A DNA stretch of 64,000 nucleotides from Squalus acanthias (taxonomy: Eukaryota): positions 2,234,001 through 2,298,000 of the forward strand of contig JASTWF010000033.1 of NCBI GenBank assembly GCA_030390025.1. Reading direction: 5' to 3'. Made by a program: the position numbers and the translations under genes. Of the stretch, positions 18,001 through 33,000 are shown one piece after another. How positions within the stretch are numbered: position 1 is the first letter of the stretch; each line of letters begins with the position of its first letter. Below the pieces are notes generated by a model. That model made no database searches and was not told the DNA's origin. It worked only from the letters and a program-made list of their open reading frames with translations.

Positions 18001-21000
18001 CTTCAATCTAATACAGCACTTCAATCTAATACAGCACTTCAATCTAATACAGCACTTCAATCTAATACAGCACTTCAATCTAATACAGCACTTCAATCTA
18101 ATACAGCACTTCAATCTAATACAGCACTTCAATCTAATACAGCACTTCAATCTAATACAGCACTTCAATCTAATACAGCACTTCAATCTAATACAGCACT
18201 TCAATCTAATACAGCACTTCAATCTAATACAGCACTTCAATCTAATACAGCACTTCAATCTAATACAGCACTTCAATCTAATACAGCACTTCAATCTAAT
18301 ACAGCACTTCAATCTAATACAGCACTTCAATCTAATACAGCACTTCAATCTAATACAGCACTTCAATCTAATACAGCACTTCAATCTAATACAGCACTTC
18401 AATCTAATACAGCACTTCAATCTAATACAGCACTTCAATCTAATACAGCACTTCAATCTAATACAGCACTTCAATCTAATACAGCACTTCAATCTAATAC
18501 AGCACTTCAATCTAATACAGCACTTCAATCTAATACAGCACTTCAATCTAATACAGCACTTCAATCTAATACAGCACTTCAATCTAATACAGCACTTCAA
18601 TCTAATACAGCACTTCAATCTAATACAGCACTTCAATCTAATACAGCACTTCAATCTAATACAGCACTTCAATCTAATACAGCACTTCAATCTAATACAG
18701 CACTTCAATCTAATACAGCACTTCAATCTAATACAGCACTTCAATCTAATACAGCACTTCAATCTAATACAGCACTTCAATCTAATACAGCACTTCAATC
18801 TAATACAGCACTTCAATCTAATACAGCACTTCAATCTAATACAGCACTTCAATCTAATACAGCACTTCAATCTAATACAGCACTTCAATCTAATACAGCA
18901 CTTCAATCTAATACAGCACTTCAATCTAATACAGCACTTCAATCTAATACAGCACTTCAATCTAATACAGCACTTCAATCTAATACAGCACTTCAATCTA
19001 ATACAGCACTTCAATCTAATACAGCACTTCAATCTAATACAGCACTTCAATCTAATACAGCACTTCAATCTAATACAGCACTTCAATCTAATACAGCACT
19101 TCAATCTAATACAGCACTTCAATCTAATACAGCACTTCAATCTAATACAGCACTTCAATCTAATACAGCACTTCAATCTAATACAGCACTTCAATCTAAT
19201 ACAGCACTTCAATCTAATACAGCACTTCAATCTAATACAGCACTTCAATCTAATACAGCACTTCAATCTAATACAGCACTTCAATCTAATACAGCACTTC
19301 AATCTAATACAGCACTTCAATCTAATACAGCACTTCAATCTAATACAGCACTTCAATCTAATACAGCACTTCAATCTAATACAGCACTTCAATCTAATAC
19401 AGCACTTCAATCTAATACAGCACTTCAATCTAATACAGCACTTCAATCTAATACAGCACTTCAATCTAATACAGCACTTCAATCTAATACAGCACTTCAA
19501 TCTAATACAGCACTTCAATCTAATACAGCACTTCAATCTAATACAGCACTTCAATCTAATACAGCACTTCAATCTAATACAGCACTTCAATCTAATACAG
19601 CACTTCAATCTAATACAGCACTTCAATCTAATACAGCACTTCAATCTAATACAGCACTTCAATCTAATACAGCACTTCAATCTAATACAGCACTTCAATC
19701 TAATACAGCACTTCAATCTAATACAGCACTTCAATCTAATACAGCACTTCAATCTAATACAGCACTTCAATCTAATACAGCACTTCAATCTAATACAGCA
19801 CTTCAATCTAATACAGCACTTCAATCTAATACAGCACTTCAATCTAATACAGCACTTCAATCTAATACAGCACTTCAATCTAATACAGCACTTCAATCTA
19901 ATACAGCACTTCAATCTAATACAGCACTTCAATCTAATACAGCACTTCAATCTAATACAGCACTTCAATCTAATACAGCACTTCAATCTAATACAGCACT
20001 TCAATCTAATACAGCACTTCAATCTAATACAGCACTTCAATCTAATACAGCACTTCAATCTAATACAGCACTTCAATCTAATACAGCACTTCAATCTAAT
20101 ACAGCACTTCAATCTAATACAGCACTTCAATCTAATACAGCACTTCAATCTAATACAGCACTTCAATCTAATACAGCACTTCAATCTAATACAGCACTTC
20201 AATCTAATACAGCACTTCAATCTAATACAGCACTTCAATCTAATACAGCACTTCAATCTAATACAGCACTTCAATCTAATACAGCACTTCAATCTAATAC
20301 AGCACTTCAATCTAATACAGCACTTCAATCTAATACAGCACTTCAATCTAATACAGCACTTCAATCTAATACAGCACTTCAATCTAATACAGCACTTCAA
20401 TCTAATACAGCACTTCAATCTAATACAGCACTTCAATCTAATACAGCACTTCAATCTAATACAGCACTTCAATCTAATACAGCACTTCAATCTAATACAG
20501 CACTTCAATCTAATACAGCACTTCAATCTAATACAGCACTTCAATCTAATACAGCACTTCAATCTAATACAGCACTTCAATCTAATACAGCACTTCAATC
20601 TAATACAGCACTTCAATCTAATACAGCACTTCAATCTAATACAGCACTTCAATCTAATACAGCACTTCAATCTAATACAGCACTTCAATCTAATACAGCA
20701 CTTCAATCTAATACAGCACTTCAATCTAATACAGCACTTCAATCTAATACAGCACTTCAATCTAATACAGCACTTCAATCTAATACAGCACTTCAATCTA
20801 ATACAGCACTTCAATCTAATACAGCACTTCAATCTAATACAGCACTTCAATCTAATACAGCACTTCAATCTAATACAGCACTTCAATCTAATACAGCACT
20901 TCAATCTAATACAGCACTTCAATCTAATACAGCACTTCAATCTAATACAGCACTTCAATCTAATACAGCACTTCAATCTAATACAGCACTTCAATCTAAT

Positions 21001-24000
21001 ACAGCACTTCAATCTAATACAGCACTTCAATCTAATACAGCACTTCAATCTAATACAGCACTTCAATCTAATACAGCACTTCAATCTAATACAGCACTTC
21101 AATCTAATACAGCACTTCAATCTAATACAGCACTTCAATCTAATACAGCACTTCAATCTAATACAGCACTTCAATCTAATACAGCACTTCAATCTAATAC
21201 AGCACTTCAATCTAATACAGCACTTCAATCTAATACAGCACTTCAATCTAATACAGCACTTCAATCTAATACAGCACTTCAATCTAATACAGCACTTCAA
21301 TCTAATACAGCACTTCAATCTAATACAGCACTTCAATCTAATACAGCACTTCAATCTAATACAGCACTTCAATCTAATACAGCACTTCAATCTAATACAG
21401 CACTTCAATCTAATACAGCACTTCAATCTAATACAGCACTTCAATCTAATACAGCACTTCAATCTAATACAGCACTTCAATCTAATACAGCACTTCAATC
21501 TAATACAGCACTTCAATCTAATACAGCACTTCAATCTAATACAGCACTTCAATCTAATACAGCACTTCAATCTAATACAGCACTTCAATCTAATACAGCA
21601 CTTCAATCTAATACAGCACTTCAATCTAATACAGCACTTCAATCTAATACAGCACTTCAATCTAATACAGCACTTCAATCTAATACAGCACTTCAATCTA
21701 ATACAGCACTTCAATCTAATACAGCACTTCAATCTAATACAGCACTTCAATCTAATACAGCACTTCAATCTAATACAGCACTTCAATCTAATACAGCACT
21801 TCAATCTAATACAGCACTTCAATCTAATACAGCACTTCAATCTAATACAGCACTTCAATCTAATACAGCACTTCAATCTAATACAGCACTTCAATCTAAT
21901 ACAGCACTTCAATCTAATACAGCACTTCAATCTAATACAGCACTTCAATCTAATACAGCACTTCAATCTAATACAGCACTTCAATCTAATACAGCACTTC
22001 AATCTAATACAGCACTTCAATCTAATACAGCACTTCAATCTAATACAGCACTTCAATCTAATACAGCACTTCAATCTAATACAGCACTTCAATCTAATAC
22101 AGCACTTCAATCTAATACAGCACTTCAATCTAATACAGCACTTCAATCTAATACAGCACTTCAATCTAATACAGCACTTCAATCTAATACAGCACTTCAA
22201 TCTAATACAGCACTTCAATCTAATACAGCACTTCAATCTAATACAGCACTTCAATCTAATACAGCACTTCAATCTAATACAGCACTTCAATCTAATACAG
22301 CACTTCAATCTAATACAGCACTTCAATCTAATACAGCACTTCAATCTAATACAGCACTTCAATCTAATACAGCACTTCAATCTAATACAGCACTTCAATC
22401 TAATACAGCACTTCAATCTAATACAGCACTTCAATCTAATACAGCACTTCAATCTAATACAGCACTTCAATCTAATACAGCACTTCAATCTAATACAGCA
22501 CTTCAATCTAATACAGCACTTCAATCTAATACAGCACTTCAATCTAATACAGCACTTCAATCTAATACAGCACTTCAATCTAATACAGCACTTCAATCTA
22601 ATACAGCACTTCAATCTAATACAGCACTTCAATCTAATACAGCACTTCAATCTAATACAGCACTTCAATCTAATACAGCACTTCAATCTAATACAGCACT
22701 TCAATCTAATACAGCACTTCAATCTAATACAGCACTTCAATCTAATACAGCACTTCAATCTAATACAGCACTTCAATCTAATACAGCACTTCAATCTGAT
22801 ACAGCACTTCAATCTAATACAGCACTTCAATCTAATACAGCACTTCAATCTAAGTACAGCACTTCAATCTAATACAGCACTTCAATCTAATACAGCACTT
22901 CAATCTAATACAGCACTTCAATCTAATACAGCACTTCAATCTAATACAGCACTTCAATCTAATACAGCACTTCAATCTAATACAGCACTTCAATCTAATA
23001 CAGCACTTCAATCTAATACAGCACTTCAATCTAATACAGCACTTCAATCTAATACAGCACTTCAATCTAATACAGCACTTCAATCTAATACAGCACTTCA
23101 ATCTAATACAGCACTTCAATCTAATACAGCACTTCAATCTAATACAGCACTTCAATCTAATACAGCACTTCAATCTAATACAGCACTTCAATCTAATACA
23201 GCACTTCAATCTAATACAGCACTTCAATCTAATACAGCACTTCAATCTAATACAGCACTTCAATCTAATACAGCACTTCAATCTAATACAGCACTTCAAT
23301 CTAATACAGCACTTCAATCTAATACAGCACTTCAATCTAATACAGCACTTCAATCTAATACAGCACTTCAATCTAATACAGCACTTCAATCTAATACAGC
23401 ACTTCAATCTAATACAGCACTTCAATCTAATACAGCACTTCAATCTAATACAGCACTTCAATCTAATACAGCACTTCAATCTAATACAGCACTTCAATCT
23501 AATACAGCACTTCAATCTAATACAGCACTTCAATCTAATACAGCACTTCAATCTAATACAGCACTTCAATCTAATACAGCACTTCAATCTAATACAGCAC
23601 TTCAATCTAATACAGCACTTCAATCTAATACAGCACTTCAATCTAATACAGCACTTCAATCTAATACAGCACTTCAATCTAATACAGCACTTCAATCTAA
23701 TACAGCACTTCAATCTAATACAGCACTTCAATCTAATACAGCACTTCAATCTAATACAGCACTTCAATCTAATACAGCACTTCAATCTAATACAGCACTT
23801 CAATCTAATACAGCACTTCAATCTAATACAGCACTTCAATCTAATACAGCACTTCAATCTAATACAGCACTTCAATCTAATACAGCACTTCAATCTAATA
23901 CAGCACTTCAATCTAATACAGCACTTCAATCTAATACAGCACTTCAATCTAATACAGCACTTCAATCTAATACAGCACTTCAATCTAATACAGCACTTCA

Positions 24001-27000
24001 ATCTAATACAGCACTTCAATCTAATACAGCACTTCAATCTAATACAGCACTTCAATCTAATACAGCACTTCAATCTAATACAGCACTTCAATCTAATACA
24101 GCACTTCAATCTAATACAGCACTTCAATCTAATACAGCACTTCAATCTAATACAGCACTTCAATCTAATACAGCACTTCAATCTAATACAGCACTTCAAT
24201 CTAATACAGCACTTCAATCTAATACAGCACTTCAATCTAATACAGCACTTCAATCTAATACAGCACTTCAATCTAATACAGCACTTCAATCTAATACAGC
24301 ACTTCAATCTAATACAGCACTTCAATCTAATACAGCACTTCAATCTAATACAGCACTTCAATCTAATACAGCACTTCAATCTAATACAGCACTTCAATCT
24401 AATACAGCACTTCAATCTAATACAGCACTTCAATCTAATACAGCACTTCAATCTAATACAGCACTTCAATCTAATACAGCACTTCAATCTAATACAGCAC
24501 TTCAATCTAATACAGCACTTCAATCTAATACAGCACTTCAATCTAATACAGCACTTCAATCTAATACAGCACTTCAATCTAATACAGCACTTCAATCTAA
24601 TACAGCACTTCAATCTAATACAGCACTTCAATCTAATACAGCACTTCAATCTAATACAGCACTTCAATCTAATACAGCACTTCAATCTAATACAGCACTT
24701 CAATCTAATACAGCACTTCAATCTAATACAGCACTTCAATCTAATACAGCACTTCAATCTAATACAGCACTTCAATCTAATACAGCACTTCAATCTAATA
24801 CAGCACTTCAATTTAATACCGTACTTCAATCTGATACAGCACTACAATCTAATACAGCACTTCAATCTAATACAGCACTTCAATCTAATACAACACTTCA
24901 ATCTAATACAGCACTTCAATCTAAAGAAAAACTTCAATCTAATACAACACTTCAATCTAATAGAGCACTTCAATCTAATACAGCACTTCAATCTAATACA
25001 ACACATCAATCTAATACAGTACTTCAATCTGATACAGCACTTCAATCTAATACAGCACTTCAATCTAATACAGCACTTCAATCTAATACAACACTTCAAT
25101 CTAATACAGCACTTCAATCTAAAGAAAAACTTCAATCTAATACAACACTTCAATCTAATAGAGCACTTCAATCTAATACAGCACTTCAATCTAATACAGC
25201 ACTTCAATCTAATACAGCACTTCAATCTAATACAACACTTCAATCTAATACAACACTTCAATCTAATACAGCACTTCAATCTAATACAGCACTTCAATCT
25301 AATACAGCACTTCAATCTAATACAGCACTTCAATCTAATACAGCACTTCAATCTAATACAGCACTTCAATCTAATACAGCACTTCAATCTAATACAGCAC
25401 TTCAATCTAATACAGCACTTCAATCTAATACAGCACTTCAATCTAATACAGCACTTCAATCTAATACAGCACTTCAATCTAATACAGCACTTCAATCTAA
25501 TACAGCACTTCAATCTAATACAGCACTTCAATCTAATACAGCACTTCAATCTAATACAGCACTTCAATCTAATACAGCACTTCAATCTAATACAGCACTT
25601 CAATCTAATACAGCACTTCAATCTAATACAGCACTTCAATCTAATACAGCACTTCAATCTAATACAGCACTTCAATCTAATACAGCACTTCAATCTAATA
25701 CAGCACTTCAATCTAATACAGCACTTCAATCTAATACAGCACTTCAATCTAATACATCACATTCTATCTAATACAGCACTTCCATTTAATACAGCCCTTC
25801 AATCTAATACAGCACTTCAATCTAATACGGCACCTTCTATCTAATACAGCACTTCAATCTAATACAGCACTTCAATCTAATACAGCACCTTCAATCTAAT
25901 ACAGCACTTCCTTGTAATACAGCACTTCAATGTAATACAGCAATTCAATCTAATACAGCAATTCAATCTAATAAAGACCTTCAATCTAATACAGCACCTA
26001 AATCAAATACATCCCTTCAATCTAATACAACACTTCAATCTAATACAGCAGTTCAACCTAATACAGCACTTCAATCTAAGTCAGCACTTCAGTCTAAGTC
26101 AGCAATTCAATCTAATACAGAACTTTCATCTAATACAGCACCTAAATCAAATACAGCACTTCAATCGAATACAGCACTTCCATCTAACACAGCACTTCAA
26201 CCTAATATAACATTTCAAACTAATACAGCACTTCAATCTAATGCAACACTTCAATCGAATGCAGCACTTCAATCTAATACAGCACTTCAATCTAATACAG
26301 CACTTCAATGTAATACAGCACTTCAATCTAATACAGCACTTCAATCTAATACAGCACTTCAATCTAATACAGCACTTCAATCTAATACAGCACTTCAATC
26401 TAATACAGCACTTCAATCTAATACAGCACTTCAATCTAATACAGCACTTCAATCTAATACAGCACTTCAATCTAATACAGCACTTCAATCTAATACAGCA
26501 CTTCAATCTAATACAGCACTTCAATCTAATACAGCACTTCAATCTAATACAGCACTTCAATCTAATACAGCACTTCAATCTAATACAGCACTTCAATCTA
26601 ATACAGCACTTCAATCTAATACAGCACTTCAATCTAATACAGCACTTCAATCTAATACAGCACTTCAATCTAATACAGCACTTCAATCTAATACAGCACT
26701 TCAATCTAATACAGCACTTCAATCTAATACAGCACTTCAATCTAATACAGCACTTCAATCTAATACAGCACTTCAATCTAATACAGCACTTCAATCTAAT
26801 ACAGCACTTCAATCTAATACAGCACTTCAATCTAATACAGCACTTCAATCTAATACAGCACTTCAATCTAATACAGCACTTCAATCTAATACAGCACTTC
26901 AATCTAATACAGCACTTCAATCTAATACAGCACTTCAATCTAATACAGCACTTCAATCTAATACAGCACTTCAATCTAATACAGCACTTCAATCTAATAC

Positions 27001-30000
27001 AGCACTTCAATCTAATACAGCACTTCAATCTAATACAGCACTTCAATCTAATACAGCACTTCAATCTAATACAGCACTTCAATCTAATACAGCACTTCAA
27101 TCTAATACAGCACTTCAATCTAATACAGCACTTCAATCTAATACAGCACTTCAATCTAATACAGCACTTCAATCTAATACAGCACTTCAATCTAATATAG
27201 CACTTCAATCTAATACAGCACTTCAATCTAATACAGCACTTCAATCTAATACAGCACTTCAATCTAATACAGCACTTCAATCTAATACAGCACTTCAATC
27301 TAATACAGCACTTCAATCTAATACAGCACTTCAATCTAATACAGCACTTCAATCTAATACAGCACTTCACTTCAATCTAATACAGCACTTCAATCTAATA
27401 CAGCACTTCAATCTAATACAGCACTTCAATCTAATACAGCACTTCAATCTAATACAGCACTTCAATCTAATACAGCACTTCAATCTAATACAGCACTTCA
27501 ATCTAATACAGCACTTCAATCTAATACAGCACTTCAATCTAATACAGCACTTCAATCTAATACAGCACTTCAATCTAATACAGCACTTCAATCTAATACA
27601 GCACTTCAATCTAATACAGCACTTCAATCTAATACAGCACTTCAATCTAATACAGCACTTCAATCTAATACAGCACTTCAATCTAATACAGCACTTCAAT
27701 CTAATACAGCACTTCAATCTAATACAGCACTTCAATCTAATACAGCACTTCAATCTAATACAGCACTTCAATCTAATACAGCACTTCAATCTAATACAGC
27801 ACTTCAATCTAATACAGCACTTCAATCTAATACAGCACTTCAATCTAATACAGCACTTCAATCTAATACAGCACTTCAATCTAATACAGCACTTCAATCT
27901 AATACAGCACTTCAATCTAATACAGGCACTTCTATCTAATACAGCACTTCAATCTAATACAGCACTTCAATCTAATACAGCACTTCAATCTAATACAGCA
28001 CTTCATTCTAATACAGCACTTCAATCTAATACAGCACTTCAATCTAATACAGCAATTCAATCTAATAAAGACCTTCAATCTAATACAGCACCTAAATCAA
28101 ATACAGCACTTCAATCTAATACAACACTTCAATCTAATACAGCACTTCAACCTAATACAGCACTTCAATCTAAGTCAGCACTTCAGTCTAAGTCAGCACT
28201 TCAATCTAATACAGAACTTCATCTAATACAGCACTTCAATCTAATACAGCACTTCAATCTAATACAGCACTTCAATCTAACACAGCACTTCAACCTAATA
28301 CAGCACTTCAATCTAATACAACACTTCAATCTAATACAGCACTTCAATCGAATGCAGCACTTCAATCTAATACAGCACTTCAATCTAATACAGCACTTCA
28401 ATCTAATACAGCACTTCAATCTAATACAGCACTTCAATCTAATACAGCACTTCAATCTAATACAGCACTTCAATCTAAAACAGCACTTCAATCTAATACA
28501 GCACTTCAATCTAATACAGCACTTCAATCTAATACAGCACTTCAATCTAATACAGCACTTCAATCTAATACAGCACTTCAATCTAATACAGCACTTCAAT
28601 CTAATACAGCACTTCAATCTAATACAGCACTTCAATCTAATACAGCACTTCAATCTAATACAGCACTTCAATCTAATACAGCACTTCAATCTAATACAGC
28701 ACTTCAATCTGATACAGCACTTCAATCTAATACAGCACTTCAATCTAATACAGCACTTCAATCTAATACAGCACTTCAATCTAATACAGCACTTCAATCT
28801 AATACAGCACTTCAATCTAATACAGCACTTCAATCTAATAAAGCACTTCAATCTAATACAGCACTTCAATCTAATACAGCACTTCAATCTAATACAGCAC
28901 TTCAATCAAATACAGCACTTCAATCTAATACAGCACTTCAATCTAATACAGCACTTCAATCTAATACAGCACTTCAATCTAATACAGCACTTCAATCTAA
29001 TACAGCACTTCAATCTAATACAGCACTTCAATCTAATACAGCACTTCAATCTAATACAGCACTTCAATCTAATACAGCACTTCAATCTAATACAGCACTT
29101 CAATCTAATACAGCACTTCAATCTAATACAGCACTTCAATCTAATACAGCACTTCAATCTAATACAGCACTTCAATCTAACACAGCACTTCAATCAATTA
29201 CAGCACTTCAATCTAATACAACACTTCAATCTAATACAGCACTTCAATCTAATACAGCACTTCAATCTAATACAGCACTTCAATCTAATACAGCACTTCA
29301 ATCTAATACAGCACTTCAATCTAATACAGCACTTCAATCTAATACAGCACTTCAATCTAATACAGCACTTCAATCTAATACAGCACTTCAATCTAATACA
29401 GCACTTCAATCTAATACAGCACTTCAATCTAATACAGCACTTCAATCTAATACAGCACTTCAATCTAATACAGCACTTCAATCTAATACAGCACTTCAAT
29501 CTAATACAGCACTTCAATCTAATACAGCACTTCAATCTAATACAGCACTTCAATCTAATACAGCACTTCAATCTAATACAGCACTTCAATCTAATACAGC
29601 ACTTCAATCTAATACAGCACTTCAATCTAATACAGCACTTCAATCTAATACAGCACTTCAATCTAATACAGCACTTCAATCTAATACAGCACTTCAATCT
29701 AATACAGCACTTCAATCTAATACAGCACTTCAATCTAATACAGCACTTCAATCTAATACAGCACTTCAATCTAATACAGCACTTCAATCTAATACAGCAC
29801 TTCAATCTAATACAGCACTTCAATCTAATACAGCACTTCAATCTAATACAGCACTTCAATCTAATACAGCACTTCAATCTAATACAGCACTTCAATCTAA
29901 TACAGCACTTCAATCTAATACAGCACTTCAATCTAATACAGCACTTCAATCTAATACAGCACTTCAATCTAATACAGCACTTCAATCTAATACAGCACTT

Positions 30001-33000
30001 CAATCTAATACAGCACTTCAATCTAATACAGCACTTCAATCTAATACAGCACTTCAATCTAATACAGCACTTCAATCTAATACAGCACTTCAATCTAATA
30101 CAGCACTTCAATCTAATACAGCACTTCAATCTAATACAGCACTTCAATCTAATACAGCACTTCAATCTAATACAGCACTTCAATCTAATACAGCACTTCA
30201 ATCTAATACAGCACTTCAATCTAATACAGCACTTCAATCTAATACAGCACTTCAATCTAATACAGCACTTCAATCTAATACAGCACTTCAATCTAATACA
30301 GCACTTCAATCTAATACAGCACTTCAATCTAATACAGCACTTCAATCTAATACAGCACTTCAATCTAATACAGCACTTCAATCTAATACAGCACTTCAAT
30401 CTAATACAGCACTTCAATCTAATACAGCACTTCAATCTAATACAGCACTTCAATCTAATACAGCACTTCAATCTAATACAGCACTTCAATCTAATACAGC
30501 ACTTCAATCTAATACAGCACTTCAATCTAATACAGCACTTCAATCTAATACAGCACTTCAATCTAATACAGCACTTCAATCTAATACAGCACTTCAATCT
30601 AATACAGCACTTCAATCTAATACAGCACTTCAATCTAATACAGCACTTCAATCTAATACAGCACTTCAATCTAATACAGCACTTCAATCTAATACAGCAC
30701 TTCAATCTAATACAGCACTTCAATCTAATACAGCACTTCAATCTAATACAGCACTTCAATCTAATACAGCACTTCAATCTAATACAGCACTTCAATCTAA
30801 TACAGCACTTCAATCTAATACAGCACTTCAATCTAATACAGCACTTCAATCTAATACAGCACTTCAATCTAATACAGCACTTCAATCTAATACAGCACTT
30901 CAATCTAATACAGCACTTCAATCTAATACAGCACTTCAATCTAATACAGCACTTCAATCTAATACAGCACTTCAATCTAATACAGCACTTCAATCTAATA
31001 CAGCACTTCAATCTAATACAGCACTTCAATCTAATACAGCACTTCAATCTAATACAGCACTTCAATCTAATACAGCACTTCAATCTAATACAGCACTTCA
31101 ATCTAATACAGCACTTCAATCTAATACAGCACTTCAATCTAATACAGCACTTCAATCTAATACAGCACTTCAATCTAATACAGCACTTCAATCTAATACA
31201 GCACTTCAATCTAATACAGCACTTCAATCTAATACAGCACTTCAATCTAATACAGCACTTCAATCTAATACAGCACTTCAATCTAATACAGCACTTCAAT
31301 CTAATACAGCACTTCAATCTAATACAGCACTTCAATCTAATACAGCACTTCAATCTAATACAGCACTTCAATCTAATACAGCACTTCAATCTAATACAGC
31401 ACTTCAATCTAATACAGCACTTCAATCTAATACAGCACTTCAATCTAATACAGCACTTCAATCTAATACAGCACTTCAATCTAATACAGCACTTCAATCT
31501 AATACAGCACTTCAATCTAATACAGCACTTCAATCTAATACAGCACTTCAATCTAATACAGCACTTCAATCTAATACAGCACTTCAATCTAATACAGCAC
31601 TTCAATCTAATACAGCACTTCAATCTAATACAGCACTTCAATCTAATACAGCACTTCAATCTAATACAGCACTTCAATCTAATACAGCACTTCAATCTAA
31701 TACAGCACTTCAATCTAATACAGCACTTCAATCTAATACAGCACTTCAATCTAATACAGCACTTCAATCTAATACAGCACTTCAATCTAATACAGCACTT
31801 CAATCTAATACAGCACTTCAATCTAATACAGCACTTCAATCTAATACAGCACTTCAATCTAATACAGCACTTCAATCTAATACAGCACTTCAATCTAATA
31901 CAGCACTTCAATCTAATACAGCACTTCAATCTAATACAGCACTTCAATCTAATACAGCACTTCAATCTAATACAGCACTTCAATCTAATACAGCACTTCA
32001 ATCTAATACAGCACTTCAATCTAATACAGCACTTCAATCTAATACAGCACTTCAATCTAATACAGCACTTCAATCTAATACAGCACTTCAATCTAATACA
32101 GCACTTCAATCTAATACAGCACTTCAATCTAATACAGCACTTCAATCTAATACAGCACTTCAATCTAATACAGCACTTCAATCTAATACAGCACTTCAAT
32201 CTAATACAGCACTTCAATCTAATACAGCACTTCAATCTAATACAGCACTTCAATCTAATACAGCACTTCAATCTAATACAGCACTTCAATCTAATACAGC
32301 ACTTCAATCTAATACAGCACTTCAATCTAATACAGCACTTCAATCTAATACAGCACTTCAATCTAATACAGCACTTCAATCTAATACAGCACTTCAATCT
32401 AATACAGCACTTCAATCTAATACAGCACTTCAATCTAATACAGAACTTCAATCTAATACAGCACTTCAATCTAATACAGCACTTCAATCTAATACAGCAC
32501 TTCAATCTAATACAACACTTCAATCTAATACAGCACTTCAATCTAATACAGCACTTCAATCTAATACAGCACTTCAATCTAATACAGCACTTCAATCTAA
32601 TACAGCACTTCAATCTAATACAGCACTTCAATCTAATACAGCACTTCAATCTAATACAGCACTTCAATCTAATACAGCACTTCAATCTAATACAGCACTT
32701 CAATCTAATACAGCACTTCAATCTAATACAGCACTTCAATCTAATACAGCACTTCAATCTAATACAGCACTTCAATCTAATACAGCACTTCAATCTAATA
32801 CAGCACTTCAATCTAATACAGCACTTCAATCTAATACAGCACTTCAATCTAATACAGCACTTCAATCAAATACAGCACATTCTATCTGATACAGCACTTC
32901 CATTTAATACAGCCCTTGAATTTCATACAGCACTTCAATCTAACATAGCACTTCAATCTAATACAGCACCTTTTATCTAATACAGCACTTCAATCTAAGA

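Noticed and set aside
5870..22860. Isolated indels in the otherwise perfect array (about 5876, 17074, 17275, 22853)
   Set aside because: Single, non-recurrent events that cannot be told apart from sequencing or assembly errors.
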